Below are positions 9,026 to 18,209 of a DNA stretch of 64,000 nt, piece after piece. The stretch's first letter is position 1. Every line of letters begins with the position of its first letter. Source of the stretch: Candidatus Eiseniibacteriota bacterium (lineage in GTDB: Bacteria > Eisenbacteria > RBG-16-71-46 > JABDJR01). The DNA is taken from contig CAWANH010000029.1 of assembly GCA_963783375.1 (NCBI GenBank), positions 1,024,001 through 1,088,000 on the forward strand. Reading direction: 5' to 3'. A program made the translations under genes and the position numbers. The notes beneath the pieces are model-generated. The model was not told the DNA's origin. It ran no database searches and was given only the letters and a program-made list of their open reading frames with translations.

Positions 9026-12000
9026 TTACTGCGCGATCATCGACTCCGGGGAAAGGGGATCGGCCTCGTCGTCCCCGGAGCCGTGACCGTTGTCTCCGGA
9101 GCCGTTCCCGCCCCCGTTGGTCCCGCCGTTCCGCCGGGTGGAGCCGTTGGCGCCTCGGACCCCGGCGCCGGTGTGCGCGGCCACCTCCTCGGCCCGGAGC
9201 CCGTCGAGCTTCACCGACACCACGCTCGAGACGCCCGGTCGTTGCATGGTCACCCCGTACAGGCAGTCCGAGGCCTCCATCGTCTTCTTGTTGTGGGTGA
9301 TGACGATGAACTGGGTCCGCTTGGAGAACTCCTTCACCATGGCCACGAACCGGTCGATGTTGGCGTCGTCCAGGGGCGCGTCCACCTCGTCCAGGATGCA
9401 GAAGGGGGACGGCTTCACCAGATAGATGGCGAAGAGGAGGGCGATGGCGGTGAGCGCGCGCTCGCCGCTCGAGAGCTGGGCGATGGACTGGGGGCGTTTT
9501 CCGCGCGGCCGGGCCATCACCTCGATGTCCGCCTCCAGGGGATCGTCCCCCACCAGGCCGAGCGAGCACTCCCCGCCCTGGAAGAGCACCTGGAACGTCT
9601 TCTGGAAGTTCTCCTGCACCTGGGTGAAGGTCTCCATGAACATCCGGGCCGCGGTGTGGTTGATCTGCTCGATCGTCTTGACCAGGGTGTCCTTGGCCCG
9701 GAGAAGGTCGTCGCGCTGGGTGGTCATGAACTCCAGGCGCACTCGCTTTTCCTCGAACTCCTCCACCGCCAGGAGGTTCACCGGACCGATCCGCTTCAGC
9801 CGGTCCTTGAGCTCGACCAGGGTCTGGTGGGCGTCCTCGGGAAGCTCCCCCGCCTCGACCCGGTCCAGTTCCTCGGCGGTGACCTCGTACTCCTCGTAGA
9901 GACGCTCCTCCAGGTGCTTGACGTCGCTGCGGATCTCGCTCAGGCGGAGCTCGGAGTCGTGGGCGGCCTGGCGGGCCTGGCCGGCGCGCCGCCTCACCTC
10001 GCGGAGGCGATCCGCATCCTCCTGCTCGCGGGCCGAGGCCTCGCTCTTCTCCCGCTCCCGCTCGACCACCACGTCCTGCTTCTCCGTCCGCGCCCGATGC
10101 AACTCCTCGATCTTCGCGCCCAGATCCTTGAGGTCGCGCTCGATCTCACCTACCCGGACCACCGCCTCTTCCTCGTCGCGCACGGTGCGGTCGCGCTCCG
10201 AGGCCAGGTCCTCGCGTTCCTGGCGAAGCCGTTCGTCGGTGGAGCGCGCGTCCTTGAGCTCGCCCTCCAGCCGGGCCCAGCTCATGCGCATCTCGTGAAC
10301 GCGGGCCAGGACCTCCTCACGGGTGCCCTCGGCCCGGGCCAGAAGTTCTTCCAGCTCGGTCAGCGCCTTCTCCGCCTCCCCCGCCGCGTCCCCGATCCCG
10401 GAGAGCCGGATCGTGAGCCCGTCCCGCTCCCCGTTTAGGGTGTTCCGGGCCGCGTCGAGCCGCGACCGCTCCTCCTCCAGACCGTTCAGGATTTCCGCCG
10501 CGTGGCGCTCCTCGAGCCGGAGGTCGGCTTCCTCGCGATCCAGGGCGGCGCGGGCGGTCCGGGCCGCTTCCAGCTCGTCCAGCCGGCCGGCCAGCTCGGC
10601 GTCCAGGGCCTCCTCTTCGGAGCGGAGTTCCGACTCCTCCCCGGTGAGCGCGTCCAGGGTTCCGGCCAGGGTCTCGATGTCGCGCCGGCAGCGCTCGATC
10701 GTTTCCTGCCGCTCCAGGAGCTCGGCCCCCGCCGGTCCACCCTGGCCGCCGGCCAGGACCGCGGCATCCACATACTGGCCGCTTCGGGTGGCCGCCCGCG
10801 GGGCGCGCCCCTCCCCGACCAGGGCGATCGCCTCGTCGAGGCTCTCCACCAGGGCCAGGTCCCCAAGGAGATAGCGGACCAGCCCCCGCGTGTCGTCCGT
10901 GGCCTGGACCGTTTCCGCCGCCCACCGTACGTCGCCGTTTCGCTCCGGGGCCTCGGGAACGCGATCGAGGGCGATCAGGGTGGCGTAGCCCAGGGAATCG
11001 TCCCGGAGCCGGTCCAGCAACCGCCGGGCGGCGCCGGTGTCGTTCACCACCACGAACTGCCAGGCCGCGCTGAGTGCGGGCTCCAGCGCTTCCCGCCACT
11101 CGCCGGGGACCTGGATCAGGTCCCCAAGGGTGCCACGCACCCCCGGATCGCGCCCCTCATCGAGCATGAGCGCCCGCACCCCGGGATCGAATCCTTCATA
11201 TCGCTCGCGGAGGTTCTCCAGGGTGGAGAGCCGGGACCCCGCCGCCGCCTCTTCCTGGCGCTTCTCGCTCACCCGCCGGCGGTGCAACTCGATCCGCTCT
11301 TCCAGGTTCTTCCGGCGGACCTCCAGCACCTCGCGATCGTTTTCGAGCTCGGCCACCCGTGACGCCGCCTTCGACGCGTTGCCCCGCGAAACCTCCAGGG
11401 ACTCCGCGAACTCCCGGGTCCGGGTCCGGGCGGTCTCGATCCGTTCCGCGTTCAGGGACAGGCGCGCCTCCAGGTCCTCCAGGCGGCGCCCGGCGGTTTC
11501 GACCTCGCCCTCGGCCCGGATGCGCTCGTCGCGGAGGCGGATCGCCTCCTGCTTGCGGCCGGCCACCCCGTCCCGAAGTTCGCGCACTCGGCTCTCGGCG
11601 GCGGTCAGCTCCGTCTCGCCCTGGTCCAGGCGTGCCCGCTCCGTCCCCTCCCGCGAGCCGAGGTCGGTGAGGCGCACCGTCACTTCCTCGGCCCGGAGGG
11701 TGTTCCGCTCCAGGCGGTCGACGAGGCGAACCTTCAGCTCGCGCGCCTCGGCGATCCGGTTCGTGGTGGCGGTGAGCCGCTCCCGGAGCACCATGATCCG
11801 GCTGTTGTGGTTCCCGATCTCGTCGTCCACCTGGGCCAGCTCCTCGCGGGCCTCGGAGAGTTTCCGCTCCTCCTCCAGCACGGTGAGGTGCAGGGCCTCC
11901 AGGCGGGCCTCCAGGGTGGCCACCTCGGTCTCCCCGGCCTCCGCGGTGTTGAGCGCGCTCCGGTACGTCTCATCGAGGCTGCCCAGCTCGTCCAGCCAGC

Positions 12001-12706
12001 GCCGCCGCTGGGTCTGGGACCAGGCGAGGTCGATCCCCCGGATCTCCTCCATGAGCTCCCGGTAGCGCCGGGCCTTGCCCACCTGCCGGCGGAGCGAGGT
12101 CACCTGGCGGTCCACCTCGGAGATGATGTCGCTAACCCGCACCAGGTCCCGGTCGGTGGCCTCGAGTTTGTTCAGGGCCTCCTTCTTCCGGGACTTGTAC
12201 TTCATGATCCCCGCCGCTTCCTCGAACAGGAACCGGCGGTGGCCGGTGGTGTCGGAGAGGATATTGTCCACCATGGTCCGCTCGATCACCGAGTAGGCGT
12301 GGCTCCCCATGCCGGTGTCGAGGAAGAGATCGCGCACGTCCTTGAGCCGCACCGGCTGCTTGTTGATGGTGTACTCGGAAATGCCGGACCGGTAGAGCCT
12401 ACGGCCCACCGTCACCTGCCCGTAGTCGATGGGGAGGCGCCCGCGATCGTTGTTGAGGGTGAGCTCGACCTCGGCCAGGGAGAGGGGCTTCTCCTCGCGG
12501 GTGCCGTTGAAGATCACGTCCTCCATCTTCGACCCGCGGAGCTGCTTGGTGGACTGCTCACCGAGGACCCAACGCAGGGCGTCCACGATGTTGCTCTTCC
12601 CGCAGCCGTTGGGGCCGATGACCCCCGAGATGCCGGGCCCGAAGTCGAGGTGGATCTTCTGGTTGAAGGACTTGAATCCGAATAGGCTCAGTTTCTCGAC
12701 GAACAC
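9026..12706 (-). CDS. smc: Chromosome segregation protein SMC
   Basis: GFKSF, GPNGCGKSN, long coiled coils and hinge, LSSGE, ILDEVDAPLD, ITHN. Confidence 0.97.
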   Translation of the reverse strand: MFVEKLSLFGFKSFNQKIHLDFGPGISGVIGPNGCGKSNIVDALRWVLGEQSTKQLRGSKMEDVIFNGTREEKPLSLAEVELTLNNDRGRLPIDYGQVTVGRRLYRSGISEYTINKQPVRLKDVRDLFLDTGMGSHAYSVIERTMVDNILSDTTGHRRFLFEEAAGIMKYKSRKKEALNKLEATDRDLVRVSDIISEVDRQVTSLRRQVGKARRYRELMEEIRGIDLAWSQTQRRRWLDELGSLDETYRSALNTAEAGETEVATLEARLEALHLTVLEEERKLSEAREELAQVDDEIGNHNSRIMVLRERLTATTNRIAEARELKVRLVDRLERNTLRAEEVTVRLTDLGSREGTERARLDQGETELTAAESRVRELRDGVAGRKQEAIRLRDERIRAEGEVETAGRRLEDLEARLSLNAERIETARTRTREFAESLEVSRGNASKAASRVAELENDREVLEVRRKNLEERIELHRRRVSEKRQEEAAAGSRLSTLENLRERYEGFDPGVRALMLDEGRDPGVRGTLGDLIQVPGEWREALEPALSAAWQFVVVNDTGAARRLLDRLRDDSLGYATLIALDRVPEAPERNGDVRWAAETVQATDDTRGLVRYLLGDLALVESLDEAIALVGEGRAPRAATRSGQYVDAAVLAGGQGGPAGAELLERQETIERCRRDIETLAGTLDALTGEESELRSEEEALDAELAGRLDELEAARTARAALDREEADLRLEERHAAEILNGLEEERSRLDAARNTLNGERDGLTIRLSGIGDAAGEAEKALTELEELLARAEGTREEVLARVHEMRMSWARLEGELKDARSTDERLRQEREDLASERDRTVRDEEEAVVRVGEIERDLKDLGAKIEELHRARTEKQDVVVEREREKSEASAREQEDADRLREVRRRAGQARQAAHDSELRLSEIRSDVKHLEERLYEEYEVTAEELDRVEAGELPEDAHQTLVELKDRLKRIGPVNLLAVEEFEEKRVRLEFMTTQRDDLLRAKDTLVKTIEQINHTAARMFMETFTQVQENFQKTFQVLFQGGECSLGLVGDDPLEADIEVMARPRGKRPQSIAQLSSGERALTAIALLFAIYLVKPSPFCILDEVDAPLDDANIDRFVAMVKEFSKRTQFIVITHNKKTMEASDCLYGVTMQRPGVSSVVSVKLDGLRAEEVAAHTGAGVRGANGSTRRNGGTNGGGNGSGDNGHGSGDDEADPLSPESMIAQ

Positions 12707-12707
12707 G

Positions 12708-14141
12708 TCATGAAGCTCCTTGCTCGATGGCCGCGGACCAGGCCTCGCGCACGAGACCGGGTATAGGGCCCTCCTCCTCCGCGGACACCGTCCGGAGATC
12801 CAGGAGGATCTTCTCCTCCTGCACCCGGCCGAGAAGAGCCGGGCGGACGTGCCGCAGTGCCCGCTCGAGGCGGGCTGCCGACGTGTGCGGCCGCGGATCG
12901 AGGACCACCACCGAAGTGACGAGCCCTTCCAGCGGGAGGGTCCCCCCTCCCACCGCCGCGGTCGCTTCCTCCACCATCACCTGTGGAGCCGGTTCCGTCA
13001 GAGCATCCCTCAGCGCATGGGCCAACCGATCGGCCCGCGCCCGGACGCTCTCCGGAGCCTCGAAAATCATGCGCAGGACGGGGATCTCGCGCCGGGCGCG
13101 CTCCCCATCCAGATAGGCGGCCAGGGTGACCTGCAGCGCCGCCAGGAGCAGCTTGTCGATCCGCACCGCGCGGGCCAGGGGGTGGCGCCGGATCCGCTCC
13201 ACCATCTCCCGCCGCCCAACCACGATCCCGGCCTGGGGTCCGCCCAGGAGCTTGTCGCCGCTCAGGGTGACCAGGTCCGGACCCTGGGCCACCACATCCG
13301 AAACCACCGGTTCGGGGCGGATGCCCGCATCGCCCACGTCCAGGAACGCGCCGCTCCCCAGGTCCACCACCACCGGGATCCCGTGCTTCGCCCCGAGGGC
13401 GGTGAGCCGGGAGAGTTCGACCTCGGCGGTGAACCCCTCGATCCGGTAGTTGCTGGTGTGCACCTTGAGCAGGACCCCGGTATCGGGGCCCACCGCGTTC
13501 TCGAAGTCCCGGAGGTGGGTCCGGTTGGTCGTTCCCACCTCGCGGAGCCGCGCACCGCTCTGTTCCAGGATATCAGGAATTCGGAAGGATCCACCGATTT
13601 CCACGAGTTCGCCCCGGGAAATGACCACGTCCTTCCCGCGAGCGAGCGCGGCCAGGGTGAGCATCACCGCGGCCGCGTTGTTGTTGACCACGAAGGCGTC
13701 CTCGGCCCCGGTAAGCAGGGTCAAGAGTTCGGTCGCGTGATCCTGTCGCGATCCCCGCCGCCCTTGTTCCAGATCCATCTCCAGGTCCGAGTACGCTCCC
13801 CCCACCTCGACCAGATGCCGGAGCGCGGCGGTCGAGAGGGGCGAGCGGCCGAGATTAGTGTGGATCAACACCCCGGTGGCGTTGATCACCCGCTCCGGTC
13901 GCGGGACAGCCAGACCCTGAAATCGCGCCCGCACCCGCCCGGCCAGCGCCTCAGCGGAGAGGTCCTCGCCGGCGGCAAGGGCCCCTCCCTCCCTCACGTC
14001 CCGACGCGCCTCATCCAGCATCCGGCGGACCAGGAGCGTGACCAGCCACGGGGTCGCGGGGAGCGGATCCGCCGCCAGGACGGCAAGTACGGCATCGACC
14101 CCGGGAATCCGGCGAAGCCGTTCCCGGAGTTCAGGTTCCAT
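12708..14141 (-). CDS. selA: L-seryl-tRNA(Sec) selenium transferase
   Basis: INATGVLIHTNLGR, VNNNAAAV, SRGELVEIGGSFRIPD, EVGTTNRTH, SGDKLLGGPQAG. Confidence 0.96.
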   Translation of the reverse strand: MEPELRERLRRIPGVDAVLAVLAADPLPATPWLVTLLVRRMLDEARRDVREGGALAAGEDLSAEALAGRVRARFQGLAVPRPERVINATGVLIHTNLGRSPLSTAALRHLVEVGGAYSDLEMDLEQGRRGSRQDHATELLTLLTGAEDAFVVNNNAAAVMLTLAALARGKDVVISRGELVEIGGSFRIPDILEQSGARLREVGTTNRTHLRDFENAVGPDTGVLLKVHTSNYRIEGFTAEVELSRLTALGAKHGIPVVVDLGSGAFLDVGDAGIRPEPVVSDVVAQGPDLVTLSGDKLLGGPQAGIVVGRREMVERIRRHPLARAVRIDKLLLAALQVTLAAYLDGERARREIPVLRMIFEAPESVRARADRLAHALRDALTEPAPQVMVEEATAAVGGGTLPLEGLVTSVVVLDPRPHTSAARLERALRHVRPALLGRVQEEKILLDLRTVSAEEEGPIPGLVREAWSAAIEQGAS

Positions 14142-14502
14142 GGCGACTATGAATACCAGATCTGGTAGGGTCGGTCAAAAGAATTTCCAAATCCTGGGGG
14201 GCTTTCGTGCCCCACGGGGGAGGCGGGCAGGCGTGGCGCGGTCTTTCCGGACGACCCCGCCTCCCCGGCCGGTTGAGCCGATGATTATGCCACGGAGCGG
14301 GGGGGGCGGGGCAAATGACTGCTGCCGACGGAGATCCGGCCCCGCGGATCTTCCCGGGAAGCCACGACCGGATTTGCGCCGTTGGTACACTGGAGGTGAC
14401 TGCTGTCAGGGCACCGGTCGCGTCCGATAGACTGGCAATCCCCCTCGAATCCGGGCCCGGTAGCGTGGGCCGGACCCCGTCCCCCTTGGAGATGACCGTT
14501 AC

Positions 14503-15177
14503 GTGACCTCGCGACTCGCCGAACTGGATCGCGCCTACCGGCGCGCGATGCGCATCACCCTGCCCCTGGCCGCGATCCTGCTCGCCGTCGGCCTCATGAC
14601 CCTTCCCTCCCCGCACCCGGCCATCTACCGGGATCGCACGGTGGGGTTCAAGGGGCCGCTCCACATCATGCCGGAACTGGACATCACCCCCGAGGAGCTG
14701 AGCGAGCGACGGCTGACCGCGGCCCCCCGAAACGCCTCCGCCGCCGACTTCGTGGCGGTGGAGATCGACCTGGTGCCGGACGAGCGGGAGATGGCCGAGG
14801 AGCCGGTGCCCCTTCCCAAGCCCCTGGACAAGGACCAGGTCGAGGTGCTCACCACCGACAACGTCCAGGACGCCATCCGCACCACCGGTCTCCCCGTCCC
14901 CGCCCAGACCGACCTGGAAGTTCTCTTCGCCGCTCGGCCGGTGTATCCCGCGATGGCCGTCCTGCGGGAGATCGAGGGACGGGTGGAGGTTCTGCTGCTG
15001 GTGGACCGGCAGGGGTCGGTGACCGTGGCCTACGTGGTGGACCCGGGCCGCAAACCCCTGCTCGAGGAGGCGGCACGCCGGGCCGCCCGCCGCTATATCT
15101 TCCGCCCCTACAAAGTGAACGGGGAGCCGACCCCGTTCTGGGTGCGGCTCCCCTTCGAGTTCCACCTGGTGTCCTGA
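14503..15177 (+). CDS. TonB-family energy transducer
   Basis: N-terminal TM; C-terminal PVYPAMA..REIEGRVEV...PYKVNGEP..VRLPFEF. Confidence 0.8.
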   Translation: MTSRLAELDRAYRRAMRITLPLAAILLAVGLMTLPSPHPAIYRDRTVGFKGPLHIMPELDITPEELSERRLTAAPRNASAADFVAVEIDLVPDEREMAEEPVPLPKPLDKDQVEVLTTDNVQDAIRTTGLPVPAQTDLEVLFAARPVYPAMAVLREIEGRVEVLLLVDRQGSVTVAYVVDPGRKPLLEEAARRAARRYIFRPYKVNGEPTPFWVRLPFEFHLVS

Positions 15178-15228
15178 GCGGCGCGGAGCGATCGGGCCGC
15201 TCCCGTGGAGATTCGTGAATAAGTCGGG

Positions 15229-15735
15229 CTAGAACTCGAAGCGGCCGAAGTCGCCGGGATCCATGTCCTCCAGAAGCTTCTTGAGTTCGGCCGCTGTCTC
15301 CTCTTCCGTCTTCTCCACCGGCTTGGCGCTCACGCTCACCCCCTGGCCGCTGACCATGACTTCCTCGGCCACGAACAGGGGCGCCTCGGCCCGAAGAGCC
15401 ACGGCGATGGAGTCCGACGGGCGCGCGTCGACCAGGATCTGTTCTCCATCCCGCTCCAGGTGGATCTCCGCGAAGAAGGTGTTTTCCTTGAGCGCGGTGA
15501 TGGAGACCCCGACCACCCTGGCCTTCAGGCTCTTGACCAGAGTGGTCATCAGATCGTGGCTCATCGGACGTTCGAACTTCTCGCCGGCCAGGACGATACC
15601 GATCGCCCGGGCCTCCGCCTCCCCGATCCAGATGGGGAGGATTCGCTCCCCACCCTCCTCCTGGAGAATCACGATCGGCGATTTGGATCGATCGTCCATC
15701 ATGAGCCCGCGCACGCGGACCCGAACCATCGCCAT
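15229..15735 (-). CDS. Bifunctional nuclease family protein (DUF151)
   Basis: LPIWIGEAEA, RPMSHDL, DARPSDSIAVALR. Confidence 0.9.
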   Translation of the reverse strand: MAMVRVRVRGLMMDDRSKSPIVILQEEGGERILPIWIGEAEARAIGIVLAGEKFERPMSHDLMTTLVKSLKARVVGVSITALKENTFFAEIHLERDGEQILVDARPSDSIAVALRAEAPLFVAEEVMVSGQGVSVSAKPVEKTEEETAAELKKLLEDMDPGDFGRFEF

Positions 15736-15764
15736 GATGCGCCCTTTCACTGGCTCCCGCTGAG

Positions 15765-17045
15765 CTACCGGCCTCCCGCCGCGGCCTGCTTCATGATCTC
15801 ATCCGGCGACCCGAATTGGGAAGGATCGTCGTTCAGGTGCTCGAGGAGATAATCCCCCGCCTTCCGCCAATCGGAGTCCCCGAACTTCTGCTGAAGCCTG
15901 AGGAACGCCCGCTTGGCGTTCTCCTGCTTCTTGTCCGCGGTGAGAAAGAGGTAGCCGATCATGAACTGGGCCTCAGGGGCCGAGTCGCAATCGGCGAAGT
16001 CGAAAGCCACCCGCCGGTAGAGTTCGATACGGCCGTCGGGGTCGGGGTGCTTGCCCGCCATCTCCATGATGCGCTGACAGTTGTTCGGAACCCCGGTAAA
16101 CTTGGTGAACGCCTCGGAAATGAACTTCGCCTTGGTTTCCTCGCGCGCTTCGGTCAGCTGACTCTGGTACCAGTTCGGCCAGAGGTCCTTGTTGAGGATG
16201 AGGACGATCTGGTCGTAAGCCTGGTCGAGGGTCTGGACCTTATCGCCCTCTCTCTTCTCCGCCTTCACCACGTGCCAGCCGTCGGTCAGGTGAACCGTCC
16301 CGATCTCCCCCGGATTGAGTCCGGCCACCAAATCGTAGAAGGCCGGATCCTTCCCGATCCCCATCACCTCCGTGTCCCGCTGCACGTAGCCGAGCGCCCC
16401 GCCCAGGTCCCGGGTGAGGCTGTCCTGGGAGTACTGGCGGGCGAGATCGGCGAAGCTCTGCCCTTCCTTGGCCAGCTTCTCGATCCGCCGGGCTTCCGCT
16501 TCGGTGGGGACCTTTATGTGGCGAACCGCCACCCGGAGCGGGGTGAAGAACTTGTCCTGGTGCTCCCGGTAGTATTTCTCCACCGCCTCCCGGCTGGGGG
16601 AGCCTTGGGGGAGCAGGACTTCGTTCATGTATTTCGTGGCCAGGAGTTGCGAACGCAGGGCGTCGATCTGCCTTTCGTCGTCCGCGTCGAGCTTCATGCC
16701 CCGCTTGAGCGCCATGTCGGCCCAGACGAACTGGTCCATCAGGCTTCCCAGGGCCACCTGCACGATGTCCGCGCTCTGCATGTACCGATCGACCGTCTTT
16801 TCACCGGTGGACTTCACCATGTGATTCCGCAGGTCCCCGACGGTGATCGGCATGTCGCCCACCTTGGCCAGGACGATGTGCATCCGGGCCAGGGAATCGG
16901 CGACGGTCTTGTTCAGCCCGGAGGGAACGTCGGGCACCGTACCGGAGAATTGCTTCGGCTCTCCCCCACCGCACCCCACCGCCAGGAATGCGGCGCCGAG
17001 GATCAGGGCGAACAGGATGGGAAGCCGGTACTGCTTCTTGGGCAC
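15765..17045 (-). CDS. PpiC/PrsA-type peptidyl-prolyl isomerase lipoprotein with C-terminal TPR-like region
   Basis: Lipobox LAVGC; RHIKV, FADLARQYSQD, GGALG, GWHVVK. Confidence 0.85.
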   Translation of the reverse strand: MPKKQYRLPILFALILGAAFLAVGCGGGEPKQFSGTVPDVPSGLNKTVADSLARMHIVLAKVGDMPITVGDLRNHMVKSTGEKTVDRYMQSADIVQVALGSLMDQFVWADMALKRGMKLDADDERQIDALRSQLLATKYMNEVLLPQGSPSREAVEKYYREHQDKFFTPLRVAVRHIKVPTEAEARRIEKLAKEGQSFADLARQYSQDSLTRDLGGALGYVQRDTEVMGIGKDPAFYDLVAGLNPGEIGTVHLTDGWHVVKAEKREGDKVQTLDQAYDQIVLILNKDLWPNWYQSQLTEAREETKAKFISEAFTKFTGVPNNCQRIMEMAGKHPDPDGRIELYRRVAFDFADCDSAPEAQFMIGYLFLTADKKQENAKRAFLRLQQKFGDSDWRKAGDYLLEHLNDDPSQFGSPDEIMKQAAAGGR

Positions 17046-17086
17046 GGCGGGCTCCTTGTCGTTCGGCGGTCCGGGTCCAGGGCGAG

Positions 17087-17530
17087 CTACTTCTTGACGA
17101 CCCAGACCTTGACCTTGCCTTCCACGTCCTGGAAGAGCTTGATGGACACGTTGTACACACCGAGCTGCTTGAGCGGCTCATCCAGGAGGATCTTGCGCTT
17201 GTCCACCTCGACCCCCTGGACCTTCAGGGCCTCGGCGATGTCGGCCGAGGTCACCGAGCCGAAGAGCTTGTCCTCTTCGCCGACCTCCACCGGGATGTGC
17301 ACGGAGATGTTCTCGAACTTGCGGGCCGCTTCCTCCGCCTCGCGCTTGGCCTTGGTGTCGCGGTGCGCGCGCTGGCGCTCCAGCTCCGCAAAGACCTTGG
17401 CCCCGGCTCCGGTGGAGGCGATAGCCAGCTTGCTGGGAATGAGGTAGTTGCGGCCGTAACCGTTCGCGACCCGCACCTTGTCCCCGCGCTCCCCCAGGCC
17501 CTTCACGTTCTCGATCAGGATGACTTCCAT
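17087..17530 (-). CDS. rplI: 50S ribosomal protein L9
   Basis: MEVILIENVKGLG..VANGYGRNYLIP, KLFGSVT. Confidence 0.97.
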   Translation of the reverse strand: MEVILIENVKGLGERGDKVRVANGYGRNYLIPSKLAIASTGAGAKVFAELERQRAHRDTKAKREAEEAARKFENISVHIPVEVGEEDKLFGSVTSADIAEALKVQGVEVDKRKILLDEPLKQLGVYNVSIKLFQDVEGKVKVWVVKK

Positions 17531-17549
17531 GACGACATCTCCCTCCGTT

Positions 17550-17792
17550 TCAGCGAAGCTGGTCGTTGGTGTAGGGGAGGAGCGCCAGCACCCGCGCGCG
17601 CTTTATGGCGCGGGTGACCTGGGCCTGGTGACGGGCGCAGGACCCCGAGACCCGCCGGGGAACGATCTTCCCGTGGTCGGTCAGGAATCTCTGAAGCTTG
17701 CGCTCGTCCTTGTAGTCTATGTGGGTCACCTTCTCGAAGCAGAGCTTGCAGTATTTCCGCTTCGGGGTGCGCGGGCCTTTTGTTCTAGCCAT
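17550..17792 (-). CDS. rpsR: 30S ribosomal protein S18 (Zn-binding Cys form)
   Basis: [33 protein letters not shown]. Confidence 0.96.
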   Translation of the reverse strand: MARTKGPRTPKRKYCKLCFEKVTHIDYKDERKLQRFLTDHGKIVPRRVSGSCARHQAQVTRAIKRARVLALLPYTNDQLR

Positions 17793-17827
17793 GATCTGTC
17801 TCCCTCTATATGCCACCGGAAGACCGG

Positions 17828-18184
17828 TTATTCCTCGGAGTCGTCGTCGTCGTCCCGGTCCGAGCGCTCCCGCTTGGCCGCCTGCTCCTCGGCAGTAGGT
17901 CCCTCGAAGAGAACGGTGAGGAACCGGAGCATGTTCTCGTTCAGCCGATACCGCCGATCCAGGTCGGACAGGATGTCCGGCCCGCTGCGGAACCGGATCA
18001 GGGTGTAGATCCCCTCTTTCTTCTTGTTGATCTCGTAGGCGAGCTTGCGCCGGCCCCATTTCTGGATCTCGGTGACCTCGCCGCTCCGGCCGGTGATGAA
18101 CTCGCGCACCTTCTCGACCTCGGTATCCACCTGGGCGTCGTCCACGCCGGGGTCGAGAACAAAGATGGTTTCGTACTCTTTCAT
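17828..18184 (-). CDS. rpsF: 30S ribosomal protein S6
   Basis: [22 protein letters not shown]. Confidence 0.96.
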   Translation of the reverse strand: MKEYETIFVLDPGVDDAQVDTEVEKVREFITGRSGEVTEIQKWGRRKLAYEINKKKEGIYTLIRFRSGPDILSDLDRRYRLNENMLRFLTVLFEGPTAEEQAAKRERSDRDDDDDSEE

Positions 18185-18209
18185 TGTTGGATCTCCCGAA
18201 CTCGTTGTT

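Noticed and set aside
12708-14141. Selenoprotein genes near selA
   Set aside because: No in-frame UGA at a Cys-equivalent position was noticed in the window; a SECIS scan was not possible.
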